In this document: piece after piece, positions 24,139-36,890 of the stretch | Position numbering within the stretch: the stretch's first letter is position 1 | How the letters are laid out: every line of letters begins with the position of its first letter | From: Eledone cirrhosa | Lineage: Eukaryota | Assembly (NCBI GenBank): GCA_964016885.1 | Contig: OZ024745.1 | Location: 93,186,001 to 93,250,000, forward strand | Reading direction: 5' to 3' | DNA: 64,000 nucleotides | Translations under genes and position numbers: made by a program | The notes under the pieces: generated by a model | The model's input: the letters and a program-made list of their open reading frames with translations, nothing else | Databases searched by the model: none | What the model was told of the DNA's origin: nothing

Positions 24139-26861
24139 CTGTGTGTGTGTGTGTGTGTGTGTCTAACATTTATTTTCCTTTGTTGACAAATCAATGGAAT
24201 TAATTTTTTTATTGTCATTGTCCATTTACTTTTGTAAAAAAATGTAATAAATTTGGTAGTAATGTAGATAGACCGAAATAAATTAAATTTTCTGAATTCG
24301 TTAAATGCCGGCTATATGCTTTCTCCCTAAAGGAAAAAAACAAAAACAAAAAAAAAAGACCACAACGTTTCTAATAAGATGTAAGTAGATTATAATATTT
24401 GTTTTTTTTATAATGTATGGGTTAACATGTAGGCCATGATAAATGTCAAATATTGCTGTGTTAGGCGTTTACAAAAATTACTGCCCTCATTTTTATTTAT
24501 CCATTTCTAAAAAAAAAGGAAATACATATTATATATATGTATATCTTCATTCCTAAGTGTTTGTTCGGAAGTTCAAAAAATTAAATTGCCCATAGCCGAC
24601 TTAACTACATTATTTAATAAACAAAGGAGTGTAAGAAAAAAAAAATGTTCTGTTAATTAAGATAAGCAATTGATGATGGTAGTAAGGAGCCTTAAATAAT
24701 TTGTGAATGTTGTAAGAGACCTTGCCACATCCCGACATTGACTCATCTACACTCACTTACAGATTTACCTTTACATCTCTCAGGTACTTTTATATCGCAT
24801 TTTTTTTCTCATTTTTGTTGTAATAATGATAATAATTATTATCACTTTAGGAAAAGTGTCTCCAGGCTTTAAAGTGTATTTTATTTATCTAATTTTACAC
24901 GCAAAACCATTCATAATCTATCTGTAAATTCGCCTTTGTCTAAAGTCGACTACTATGTATGTAATACAGACTGACTTCCTCTTAACATCTCTTACATCCT
25001 AAAATCATTATTATTTAGATTTATTATATATCTAAATATAATATTTCTTTGTTCTCATTACATTCAACACATATATTCCATATTTTCAAATGTTATTTTT
25101 ATTTCGTTTATATTTCAAAACCTGTTTTCATTATTTGTTTGTTCTTATAAGTGCCTGTCTTGTCAGATAACGCTTGTAATATTTGTATTTATTTAAATTT
25201 TCTTTGTATGTTCAAAATTATTCACATTTAAAACTAATATTTAACCTTTTTAACATCACATTCTAAATCAGACATTTAGTACGACGTACGAAACCTGATA
25301 TGTCAGAATTATTTTTTCAATAGCTTCAAACATTAGTTAAATTTAGGTATAAGGAGATCTAATTGTCATATTTGGGAATTTCAAATATATATATATATAT
25401 ATAAAACTAATACTTCTCTACGATAATGTTTCTAAATGCATTTGTCCACTTTTCCCCCCGCCTCCAGGGGTTTTACAGGTATTGATCAAGTAAAATTATG
25501 GTCATTTATGCGTTCATTTCAAATGGAAAATAAGCCGCCGAATTATTATTTATTTTAAAGAAATGTTACTTTTCTCTTTTATATTTGTCATATACTTATT
25601 TAAGAAATACATAACTTTCATATTTCAAACTCCGCATGTTTTAACATTACATTTCAGAATAGTTCAATAATGAAAGCTATCAGAACATGGTTTAAATTAA
25701 GCTATAATAAATATGGTATCAACACATCACATTATCATTTACTAAAATTCCCCACCTAGAGGTTATCCCTTAAATAATAATAGTTTATCATTTCATATAA
25801 TTACCTCTCTTTGGTTTTACCATTTTCTTCTCTTCCAAATTTTTATCTAATTAGTTTATTTATTTTCCTGCAAATTCTTCAATATTAACTCGGGAAAAGA
25901 AATTACATCATTATCATGGTGGATTGGCAGTATCGGTAGAGGGACGGACGCCATGCTTTCCAGCATAGTTACGTCCCTTTACGATCTGAGTTCAAATTCC
26001 GCCTTTCATCCTTACGGGGTCGATAAAATAAAGTACCAGTAATGCACTGGGTAATTGCTGGCCTTGTGCTTAAAGTAGAAGCAATTATCATTTAACATTT
26101 ACTCTCCCTGCTAGCATAAGTTGGACAGGTTGTCACAGACCAAAGTACCAAATCGGAGGCACTGATCTCTTAGATTTGGCAGGGGTCGCATTTCGCTTAC
26201 TCTGTATTGCACATTTTATTGTGGCACTAACACGAGAGTTGTCATGTCTTTGACACAATGTAAGAGTCCTCTTTACTCCTTGTTTTCTACAGCTGGATGC
26301 TCTTATACACACACACACATATATATGTATATATATACACACACACAGAGGGTTGGGGCGGGGGATTCTTCAGTTGTATCAAAGACATGACAACTTCCTT
26401 AGTGCTGGTTCCATATACAATGCCCTCAGTGCACTTTTTAGACTGCGGAAGTGTATGTAAGATGCAAATGTATCCTTGCTAGCAGGGAAAATGACATTAA
26501 ATGATGATATATATCATTGTTTAATGTCCATTTTCCCCTGCTTGCATGCTCCGATGGATGTGTAATAGTAATGGTAAAGTTTAAATAAACTGAGAGAAAC
26601 TAGGCATAAAAAGGGTCAGATGCAGTGTGAAGGAGAGGAGATTAGGGTGGTATGTACATGTGATGCATATAGAGGATGGTAGCTGTATAAAATGGTGCCG
26701 GGTGTTTGAAGTTGAAGCATGAGATGAAGTGATAAAAGCTGACCATGCACAATTAAACCTATCAAAGGTGATGACAGGATTGAGATCTCTAGCGCTATGT
26801 AGTACTGTAGAAGACCTGCCATCCATTTCCCCTGCTAGCAAGGATATATATATATATATAA

Positions 26862-27170
26862 TAATAATACAAGGACAATTTGTTAAGCCTTCATTACGTT
26901 TATTGATTGGTGATGCGCGTTTCGCTATTGATCACCTGAAGGTTCTGATCTGTATCAATCTGGCCTGACTCCGGAATCAAAAGCTCGTCAGACCTCTGCT
27001 CTTGTAAATAGCGTGCGTCACTAATCAATAAACGTAACGAAGGCTTAACAAATCGTCCTTATATTATTATATTTACTCTGTTTAGCTCTATACCTCGCTA
27101 CTGATGTGTACCTAAACATCGAGTGCTCACCTGGGTGAACCTACAGTAACTTCACGTTACACTACCTGGA
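26862..27170. mobile_element. Second Penelope-like pLTR / retrozyme-type element with an inverted duplication, in (TA)n
   Basis: Arms about 26862-26919 and 27012-27071. The tail CCTAAACATCGAGTGCTCA..GGGTGAACCT.CAGTAACT...CTGGA(TA)n matches the 10669 copy. Confidence 0.7.
26909..26994 (-). ncRNA. Type I hammerhead ribozyme motif with intact CUGACGA and GAAA core boxes
   Basis: Minus strand reads GGT-CTGACGA-GCTTTTGATT...GATCAATAGC-GAAAC-GCGC-ATC-ACC. Stems I and II pair. The cleavage triplet is AUC here and GUC in the other arms and copies. Confidence 0.72.
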
Positions 27171-30100
27171 TATATATATATAGTTAAATAATAAATTTCA
27201 AGTTTTTGAAAATTATTTCTTAAGATGGTATTAAGGTAGAGTGTAATGTGCATTTCATCATGGCACCGTTGTCTAGATTAACAGAGTAGGGAAAACGGGA
27301 TGATCATATCTTTTTCAAGGAAAGATATGATCAATAATTACAACTACTTGTCAAAGCAGACCACTGGAAGCTTATCTTTTACTGATGATTTAGAAATTAT
27401 TATGTAACAATTAGATGTATTTTTATTGGATTATAGATTTATTTTGTTTTGGTACAAGGTCAGTTTTTGTTGGAGGAGCGATGAATTTAGTTGATTGAAT
27501 GAAAAACAATGATACAAGGTGAAGTAAAAACATCCAGATGGCATTTTCTTGTCTCAGCAATATCTAGTTTTTAGTTAGATTAAAAATAGTAATCTATAAA
27601 AATGAGTCTGTTTCTTCCATCTATATTGTTCAATGATTTCTTGGATGTTTGGTCCATGTGATATTTATAATTTAAAATAATACTATTACTGGAGGCTCAT
27701 GGATGCTACCCAACCATCTTACTCAGGGTCAAAACCTAGTTGTTTTTGCTTGTAAAATACGTCAGCAATTCTTTCATGAGTTCGGCTGGTTTTGTTTGGA
27801 GATACAGCAGGATCAATTGGAGACAGTTGCTTCTGACAGGATCTGCTGGAAGGCATGCTTGAAAACTCTGCTCCTATGGCCCCCACCCCAGGAATAAGTG
27901 GGCAAAGAAGACTATTACTGGGTTGACAGACTTACCAAGCATGTACAAGAGTCAATTTATACCTATATCCTCCCCATAAATCCATGGTCTTGAACCAATG
28001 TAAGAGATCATTTATTATTGTATACCTTTCAACAGTTATATTTGTTTTATTTTTTCCTACTGCTACTCGGTCTGCTAGAATAGCAACCAGTTCTTACTCA
28101 AATCAAACCTTCACTATCCTAAACAAGGAAGAACACATTAGGCAATGTGGTCCTAGATGCTGTCTAAAAGCTGGAATGCTTTTGATTATAGGTTTGCTCC
28201 ATTAAGGTTGGCATACTACTACTGCTATACTACCGCCACCACCACTACTACTTCACAATTAGGTGATTAATAGTGAGAGGACTATGTTTATTGAAATAAA
28301 ATTAGTCTAACAATCATTTTGGCCTGTTATCTAGAAACTACTACTTGGTTTTTCATAAAAAGAAAATGGAAGCTATATCATTTCAAAAATACAGGAGAAT
28401 ATTAAAAAAATTTTTTAGCAGCTTTGTTGGTATTAAGTACAAGTACAAATTATTATTATTCCCACCAGTAATGCACTGGGGTAATTGCTGGCCTTGTGCC
28501 AAAAGTAGAAACAATTATTACTATTGGCAGTAATGGTAGAGGGTCGGACACCATGCTTTGACGCATAGAGTTACGGCCCTTGCCATTCTGAGTTCAAATC
28601 CCGCCGAGGTTAACTTTGCCTTTCATCCTTACGGGGTCGATAAAATGAAGTACCAGTAATACACTGGGGTTGTTTTGATTGACTTTTCCTTCCCTTTCAA
28701 ATTGCTGGCCTTGTTCATAAAGTAGAAACAAGGTGAATTGGCAGTATCGGTAGAGGGTCGGACGCCATGCTTTCCAGCATAGTTACGTCCCTTTACGATC
28801 TGAGTTCAAATCCCGCCGAGGTTGACTTTGCCTTTCATCCTTACGGGGTCGATAAAATGAAGTACCAGTAATGTACTGGGTAATTGCTGGCCTTATGCCT
28901 AAAGTAGAAACAATTATTAATATAAGATGACAAAGATTGCATATATGACTTTCAAGGAATATTCAGTATCCCTGCCAAATTGAGATAATATTGATACAAG
29001 TCCTTCTTGTATATTTAAAGTAATATTATGTCAAGGATTTACATATAAAAGCATCCTTCCTAGTTTCAATCAGTTTGCCATCAAATGACATTAAACCATA
29101 TTTAGATTGTATGAGAGGGTTTCTCTCACATGGCAGTTCATAGTGGAGACAGATTCTTCTCTGTTAAACCAGTTTACAAAAGAGTGGAATTTGGTAGAGT
29201 TTTTCATTAACTGAATAATAATTTTGTATTCTTAATGGAAAATACTGCCACCTGACTCAATGACATAAGTTTGATAAGTTTTGATCTTGAACAATGTTGA
29301 CCAATGGATTTTTGATAATTTGGAAGAATGTTGAGTTCTTAATTTATTGAAACAAAAGTATGTTTTCAAAATCCACATCAGAATAATCCTACATGTTGTG
29401 TAGCTCTAGGTCAGCCTCAGTTAAGCAGGCCTGTTGTTTAGGACCCTTGACAACCTCTCTAGTGATGGTGCTATGATAAAATGCACTTGGTAGAGTATAA
29501 GAATATTGGTGAGCTGCAGGTTCTTGATTCATCAGAGCACTTGGCAAAGTGTGGGAATATATGTAAGAGAGATGCTAGCCTTCCCTGCCTATATGAAAGA
29601 TCAGTAGCTTTGTTTCCGTACTAAGTCTGTAGGGACCCATGCTAGCAGAGAAAACAGACATTAAATGATGATGCTTGCTGTGTATGTTGTGAACATTATA
29701 GAGATTGTTGAATGTGGTAGTTGGTTGTATCTGAGTGTCTTTTGTGTTGCTAGTAAGAAGAGGGACATTGCTATAAGTCTTGTTGTAGAGCCAAGTATCT
29801 AGTGTGGTGAAGTTGTGTGGCTATGTCTGGAGGATGTGACTCGCATTGAGTCTGGTGTTATCGTGCATATGAGCCTGTGTATGTCATGTAGTCCTAGGTC
29901 AACCCTGATATAGCAGACCTATGATTAAAAGTATTTTAGGCATGATCATTTCATTTTAAAAAAATATATATTTAGAACAACAATATCTAATGTGTCCTTA
30001 AGATTGTAGAGTTTTATTGTAGGGAGATCTGGCTGCTATTTTTAGTATGTTGATCAACCATGTAGTGTTTCTCTTTAATATTTACTAGGTGGTTATTTTA

Positions 30101-31760
30101 GTTGTGTAAATGGGTTGTATTTTTTTATGTTGCCTTGTGGGATGGGGTTTGGGAAGTATCTTTATTTTGTTGAAAGTATATGCTGCAACAAGTATGACGG
30201 TGATTATGGTCTTATAATCATACAATGGCAATTGTTATTGTTAAGCTTTAAGTCAGCTCTGACTAAACAGGTGTTTCAGGCATGACTATCCTGTCCTTCT
30301 CTTGGACACTATATCTAGGAGTACATGATTCAATGTATCACTCATTTTTATGATGATAGTATATAATTTGAGGGGATGTGGTATAGTCAACAATGGTGTG
30401 TTGAATGTGTGGTCACCAAAGAAAATTGTTAGGCCTATCATTTGAAGAGAGTGAAATGAATTTCTGCTCACCCCTTTTCAACATATAGAGTAGGGCAATT
30501 TTCCCAAAGGTATCAAGAGTCCTTCCTTCATTCCTACTTAATAAAACTTTAGTTTTTGCTAAGTTTACTTTTAGGTTCATCAACACTAGGTTGTTCTTCC
30601 ATGTCTTGATGTTTGCCTCTAACACATATATATGAGTTCCTATGGACAGCTAGTCTTAATAACCTATGTCATGATTTGAAGAATAATGGTTTTTGATTTA
30701 GGCACAAGGCCAACAATTTTGGGGGAGGGGAAAGTCGATTAAATCGACCCCAGTGTATAACTGGTGCGTTATTTGTCGACCCCATAAGGATGAAAGGCAA
30801 AGCTTACCTCGGCGGGATTTGAACTCATAACGTATAGGGCTGTGATGTATGTTGTCCGATGCTCTACCGATACTGCCAATCCACTGCCCTGAAGTATAAT
30901 GACAAAGGAAAGGAGAGTGTAACCAGATTCCTGATCCCCCCCATCTGAAGTTCAAATTCATCTCTGTACTCATTGCCAACCCTTACCTAACTCTTTGCAT
31001 CAGTACTGTACATGGAGGGTGTGGTCTTTTGTTTGCCAGCAGTTCTGTGGTACTGACACATTCTTTAAAGTAGTCTCTTGTTACTTGGTTTTGTAAATCT
31101 AACACTAACACTCTGAGCTACCACCTATTTGTGAAAAAACCTATTGTACCTATATATCACTAGTTAGAGAATAGAGATCAGGTTTATGTGATCAACAGTT
31201 GGTATATGCATGTTTGTTCATAAGTCTACACATCTACATCTACATACATACATGTGGGTATATAATATATGCATGTTTGTTCATAAGTCTACACATCTAC
31301 ATCTACATACATACATGTGGGTATATAATATGTTGATGAGGGAGGGAGGGTAGGTTGTCTACCCATTGCTGATGTTGTCAGGAGAGTATAAAAAAAATAT
31401 AGCCTGTCTATGAAGTGGGGTGTGGTGGGTTGGGTTGGGCGAGAATTTGCTGAGTTAAGTAGCATTTAAAAATTGAAATGGTATTAATGCTGAGAAAGGA
31501 ATATCATATATACAGGGAAGGGTACTATGAGAAATTTTCTAAACATTATACTATACAAAGTTAAGTAGTGTTTAAAAATGAGTGATATTATTACAGGTTT
31601 CAAATGCAATCCTACTGTGTGGCACTTTGGGTATTTTCTACAATAGTCTCAAGCTGGTAAATGTTTTGTGAGTGAATCTGGCAAATGGAAATTGAGGGAG
31701 CTTGTATATATGGATATGTGTGTGTGTGTGTATGTCTCTTCATCTTTATATCAACACTAT

Positions 31761-31940
31761 TTAACCCTTTAGTTACCAAGCTGTCCCAAACTGGCTCTGG
31801 TTCTATGAAATAAGAACCTTACATTAAGTTACTATCTTAGTAATGAAATAATTAATAATTTTATTAAATCCCTCAAAATTGTTCATCAATTAATTGAAAT
31901 AGAATGTATTTCATTAGAAATGCAATCATGAAAGGTTTAA
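31761..31940. mobile_element. piggyBac-type MITE family B; longer inverted copy at 50535-50770
   Basis: TTAA-CCCTTT ends and a shared internal TGGCTCTGGTTCTATGAAATAA. Confidence 0.75.
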
Positions 31941-32689
31941 AGCAGTCAGCAACATTTGTTCAGGTCAGTATGTTCCACAGTTTGGCAGTTTAACAAAGGA
32001 CATCAGTATATACTTTATCTAAGAATAAAGTATTGGCTGGTGTCAGGAAGGATATCTGGAGAAAAATTGCCTCAAAAGAGTCTCATCCATCCCTTGCCAG
32101 TATGGAAAAGCAGATATAAAAGTAATGATGAAATAAATGAGTGCTAGTAAAACTTTCAGAGTCAAAAATTCATCTGGGAATTAGCTTTGCCAAATATGTA
32201 GGAAAGAGCACACATTTTTGTACTCATTATAGTGGGACCTATGAGGGCATGAGAAAAATTAATTCAAATATCTATCTAGATATGTCTCTACCTGCCTATC
32301 CACCTACCCACTCATTTTATGTTGCATTTTATCATGGCACCAGAGAGGTTGTGTTATGCTCCGTCAAACTAAAGAGTCCTCTCTGTTTGATTGCCAACCA
32401 TTTTACTGTGGCATCACCACTAGAGAGGTTCTCGGGTACTCACCACATTCAAAGAGTTCTTTCTACTCTGTTGCCTTGCTCTTTGTGGAGGGAGCAGGAG
32501 AACTGAGTGCATTCCATTGTGTCACTGAAGGTTGTCTTGTCCACTGCAGGCTAAAGGAAACTCCCATCACATTTACTTTTAGCATCATAGGGCTTATACT
32601 CTTGGGCAGGTCTTTTGTATTCTAGCATATTGCCAGTCAGTTCGGTTCTGTGTCCTTACTTTTGTGAGGTTTAGTTCGTTGAGGTAATT

Positions 32690-33770
32690 TTTCACAACCT
32701 CATCCCATGTCTTCTTTCATCTACTACAGGTTTCATTTGCTTTGGCAGTTTTTTTTTATGCAACTCTTGCTCCCTTTACACATCACAGGATCCTAGCAGC
32801 AGAATTATCTCTCTTACTTGCTACATTCTTCTTATGCTCAGCTTTTCTCTTACTTCACTTGTGCCCCGTTGTTCATGCACACTAACATTGCGCATCCAGG
32901 GAAGCAAGCATGCCTCATTTCTTTTTAGTTTCTGCACTCGGTGACTGCATCTCCCTGCCATGTAGCATAGCAGTTCGAACACAAACATCATATAACCTTC
33001 CCTTCACTCTTAGAGAGAAGCCCTTTGTTTTCTGCAATGTTAACAGTATCCTGTTCTCACTCTGTCTACATTTTCAGTACATTCACCTCCACTGTTAAGG
33101 AAGTCTCTTAGTTATCAAAAGCTATTTGCTATTTCCAGTGAGTCACCTGAGTATTTGATGGAGTTTATTTCTTGAGTACACTTACTGCTGACTATTTTTG
33201 TGCACCTCTTACATGTGAAGTCAACCTTCTCTGTCAGCCTACCAGTGATCCTGCTATAATATCTTATGTGTCTTTCCGCACTGGATGCACTATATAGAGT
33301 TTCTAGCTACTCATTTTCTGCAAATTGTATGTGGCCATTTTCCTGATCGTAGCAGAGTCTTATCCTCTTTCTTACTTACTAAAACTTTAGTCTTGGCTAG
33401 GTTTACTTTGAAACCCTCTAATCCCAGATTTTGTTTCTATGTCTGAAACTTCTCAATTCTTCTACGGTTTCAGTTATGAGCTCAGACTATAAATAGGAGG
33501 AGGTTGAGAATTGTGACTTGGTGGCCTCCTAGCCACACACTAAATTCATTGTTGTATCATTGTTACCCCTCACCTTACTGACTACATCATTTTACAAGCC
33601 ATTCATTTATCCCTAACTTCCTCAGCAACCACCAAATCAAAGAGCATGGGATTCTGCCAAATGTCTTTTCCAAGTCAACAAATGCTGAATATAGGGGTTT
33701 ATTCTTAGCTAAGTACTTCAGCTGTCAAGATTAATTCTGTCCCTAATCAACTTTATCACTCTTTCTGTCA
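32690..33770 (-). mobile_element. Heavily decayed RTE LINE (RT region)
   Basis: Minus-strand remnants AFVDLEKTF, GFKVNLAKTKVL and KGRLYDVCVRTAMLHG. Confidence 0.75.
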
Positions 33771-34049
33771 TCATCATCATCACCGTTTTACGTCCGTTCT
33801 TCCACACTAGCATGGGTTAGACGGATGGTCCTGTTGTGGGCAGTGTCTGGTCGGCTGACCATGCCTTGCTCATACAGGAACTGATTTGGCTTGATTTCTA
33901 CAGCTGAATGCCCTTCCTAACACCAACCTCATTTACAGTGTGGGCTGGGTGCTTTTTTGCCGTGGCACCTCCACGACCACCTTGCGGTGGGGGCATATTG
34001 TCTATATGCTTCAGCTTGTACCCATGGGAGGTTGGGTACTCTGTATTAC

Positions 34050-34610
34050 TGCGTGACGCCAGAGGTTACGGTCGTGTGTCATTGCCTTTGAGAGGTGTAA
34101 TTGGGTAAGGTCGGCTTTTATCACCCCATCCCAGGTCATCCGCGGTTTCCATCAACTTCTAGTGCTCTGCACCTTTTTATGCACCTGTCATCCTTCATAC
34201 GCATCACATGTCCATACCAGCGCAACCGCCTCTCCTGCACACAGCATTTGATTCCTCTTATGCTCAGTCTCTCTCTCAATTCATTTATGCTTTGTCGTTC
34301 ACGGATATTACTGTTACACATCCATCGGAGCATGCAGGCTTCATTTCTCTCTAATCTACGTAAGTCTTCCACCTTCAGCGCCCAGGTCTCACTACCATGC
34401 AACATTGCTGTTCGGATACACGCATCATACAGTCTGCCTTTCATTCTGAGGGAGAAGCCTTTTGCAGCTAGCAGTGGTAGTAGTTCCCTAAACTTCTTCC
34501 ATCCCGTTCTTACCCTAGTTATTGTACTTTCTGAACACCCACCTCCGCTGCTAATTCGGTCACCTAGGTAGCAGAAGCTGTCTACTGTTTCTACAGAGCC
34601 CTCCCAGAGA
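34050..34610 (-). mobile_element. RTE LINE 3' fragment
   Basis: ORF 34136-34444 [20 protein letters not shown]...[12 protein letters not shown] is paralogous to 12166-13068. Confidence 0.88.
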
Positions 34611-35972
34611 TTGGTGGTACTTGTTTCCTGTGGCTTTCTGTAACCTTCATAATCTGATCAAAACGATTTGATGCCTCTGTAATTGTCACATCTTTTGAAG
34701 TTCAGCATGTAGGATCAGCTCTCATCACCTATGTCTACTTAATATTATGTAATAAACAATATTTTCATATATTAGATGTATAGAAGGGCATCTAGCTTTT
34801 GAAATTTTATTTTGTTTGGACAATTCCATATACATAAAAATGTTAGTACAATCTTATAGTTACTACAAATTTATGGAACTTTGTGAGCATTTTTGTGTCA
34901 TCAATTGTCAACTAGCATGTAAATCAAGATAAAGATAATACATATTTGTATAATAGATTTGTTGTTGTATTCTATAATATAGCTGGAAAACTTTGTTCAG
35001 ATCTGCTTTGTTATATATAAATGTAAAGGTTACATGGAATTCAGTAACTTTGTTTTTATCACTGTTTTGTCTGTTTTTGTCTTCGCCCACTTATTCCTGA
35101 GAGGGTTGTGGTGGCAGAGTCCTCAAACGCTCATTCCAATGGGTCCTGTCAGAAACAACTGTCTCCAACTGATCCGGCTGGATCCACAACCGAGACCAGT
35201 TAAGCTCATGGATGTTATCCAACCATCTTGTTCAGGGTCTACCCCTGGGTCTCCTTTGATTTTGCCTGTATAATCTGTTCAGTGTTTCTTTTCTGAGATA
35301 TTCTAACCACATGCCCATATTATCGGAGCTGTGATCTCTCAATTCGGCGAAGTAGCAACTCTACCTGAAGTAACTCTCTGATCTCCGAGCTAAGCACTCT
35401 ATCGAGTAATGTTGCTCCAGAGACCCTTCGGAGGAACTCCATGTATTCGCGATCGCATTCTTTCAGTCATTACCCAAGATTGATGATCATAGGTAAGGGT
35501 TGGCATGAATACTGAATTGAAGATAGTGAGTTTGTCTTTTATGGCTACCTCTCTTGTTTTTTGTTTTGTTCAAAATTCATCCTCTCTTACTTTTACTGCT
35601 GTTATAACAACTTCTACTCTGATCCACCAGTATTTACCATTTCTTCTAAAGGCACAACCCTCACGATGTTAGTTTCTCCTCATCCTCTTAGTCTCACATT
35701 GCTCAATGGCATACTTAACATTTTCTGCAATATTCATTTCTCAGCAAAGTTTCCTTTGGAATTTATTTCCTACCTACCACAGTTCAAATTGAATATTAAT
35801 CACACTAACCTCACTCTGATTATTTTCTTGTATAGAATGACCAATGGCAGTGCTAGTTTTAGTTAGACTAACTACTAAAATGAAAAATGTAGATATTTAT
35901 AGTTAGATGTTTTATAATTTTTAACCGTTTTTACTTATATGTATTTTTGAACCTTTATAATTGCAGATAAAT

Positions 35973-36165
35973 ATGAATAACTACGACCAACAGATGGATC
36001 TTTCTGGCAAGTTAATTATAAAAGTGCAATTAGGAGATGATATTCGCCGAATCCCAATTCACAATGTAGACATCACATATGACGAATTAGTTCTAATGAT
36101 GCAGAGAGTATATCGAGGAAAGCTGGCCACAAATGATGACATTACAATCAAATACAAAGATGAAG
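35973..36165 (+). CDS. TFG: TFG coding exon 1 (PB1 domain N-terminal part); the exon begins at 35967
   Basis: [64 protein letters not shown] is nearly identical to the TFG N-terminus. Acceptor TTGCAG|35967, donor G|GTAAAG, phase 1. Confidence 0.97.
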
Positions 36166-36691
36166 GTAAAGAGATAATTTTCTTATTCCTGTATTGGCTG
36201 TTAGATTTCACATGGTAACATTATTTTATCTTTGTTGTATCTTTGGATTCCTGATTGGCAAACTCTCATTTCCCAACATGTTCTAGCTACTTTGGTTCAC
36301 TATGTGTTTATATTTTGATTACTTACCTTGTTACTCTAGCAGCCACTTCTCTGAAAATCTTCACTTAAACTTCCTTTGTTTCATGTGCCTCTCCTTTTGT
36401 TATTTCTGTTGTGTTTTACTTCCTAAACTCTAACTATTCTTCATCCTTTTCAAAAGTTACATCTTTTTGGAATCTCTATCTACTCAGCAGTATCATTAAT
36501 CTGTAAAAGGTTATCATCATCATCACCATCATCATCTTCGTTTAATATCCATTTTCCAAGCTAGCATGGGTTAAACGGGAGTTGTCCCACTTGAAGCAAG
36601 GTTGGTCGGGCGACCATGTCTCGCTCATATAGGACTATCTGGCAGGTTTTCTACGGCTGGATGCCCTTCCTAACACCAAGACTCTTCTTGT

Positions 36692-36890
36692 GAAGGCATG
36701 TGGCCTAGTCTTTAGGGTGTAAAACTCACAATTATAAGGCCATAGGTTTCATTCCTGAACCAGATGTCATGTGTTCTTGAATAAAATACTTTATTTCACA
36801 TTGCTCCTTCTGTCAGGTATTGTGACCAGCTGATGGTAATTGCAATGGAAAGATCAGTGGAAACATGGTTGCCTTAGTCTAATCTGACAA
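36692..36890 (+). mobile_element. tRNA-headed (Met-like) CORE-type SINE; related copies at 54797-54930(+), 60332-60540(+) and 46570-46900(-)
   Basis: GAAGGC(A/G)(T/C)RTGGC head, tRNA-like A/B boxes and a CTTGAGCAAGATACTTTATTTCACATTGCTCC body. Confidence 0.65.

Noticed and set aside
26920-26990. SECIS element within the long hammerhead stem II (some Penelope-like elements encode selenoproteins)
   Set aside because: TGAT motifs occur on both sides, but they pair by Watson-Crick rules, the AUGA/AA spacing does not fit, and the 10.8-kb copy lacks the 5' UGA. A SECISearch run on the consensus would settle it.
31204-31331. Perfect direct tandem duplication of about 63 bp
   Set aside because: An ordinary local duplication in intronic DNA with no functional signal.
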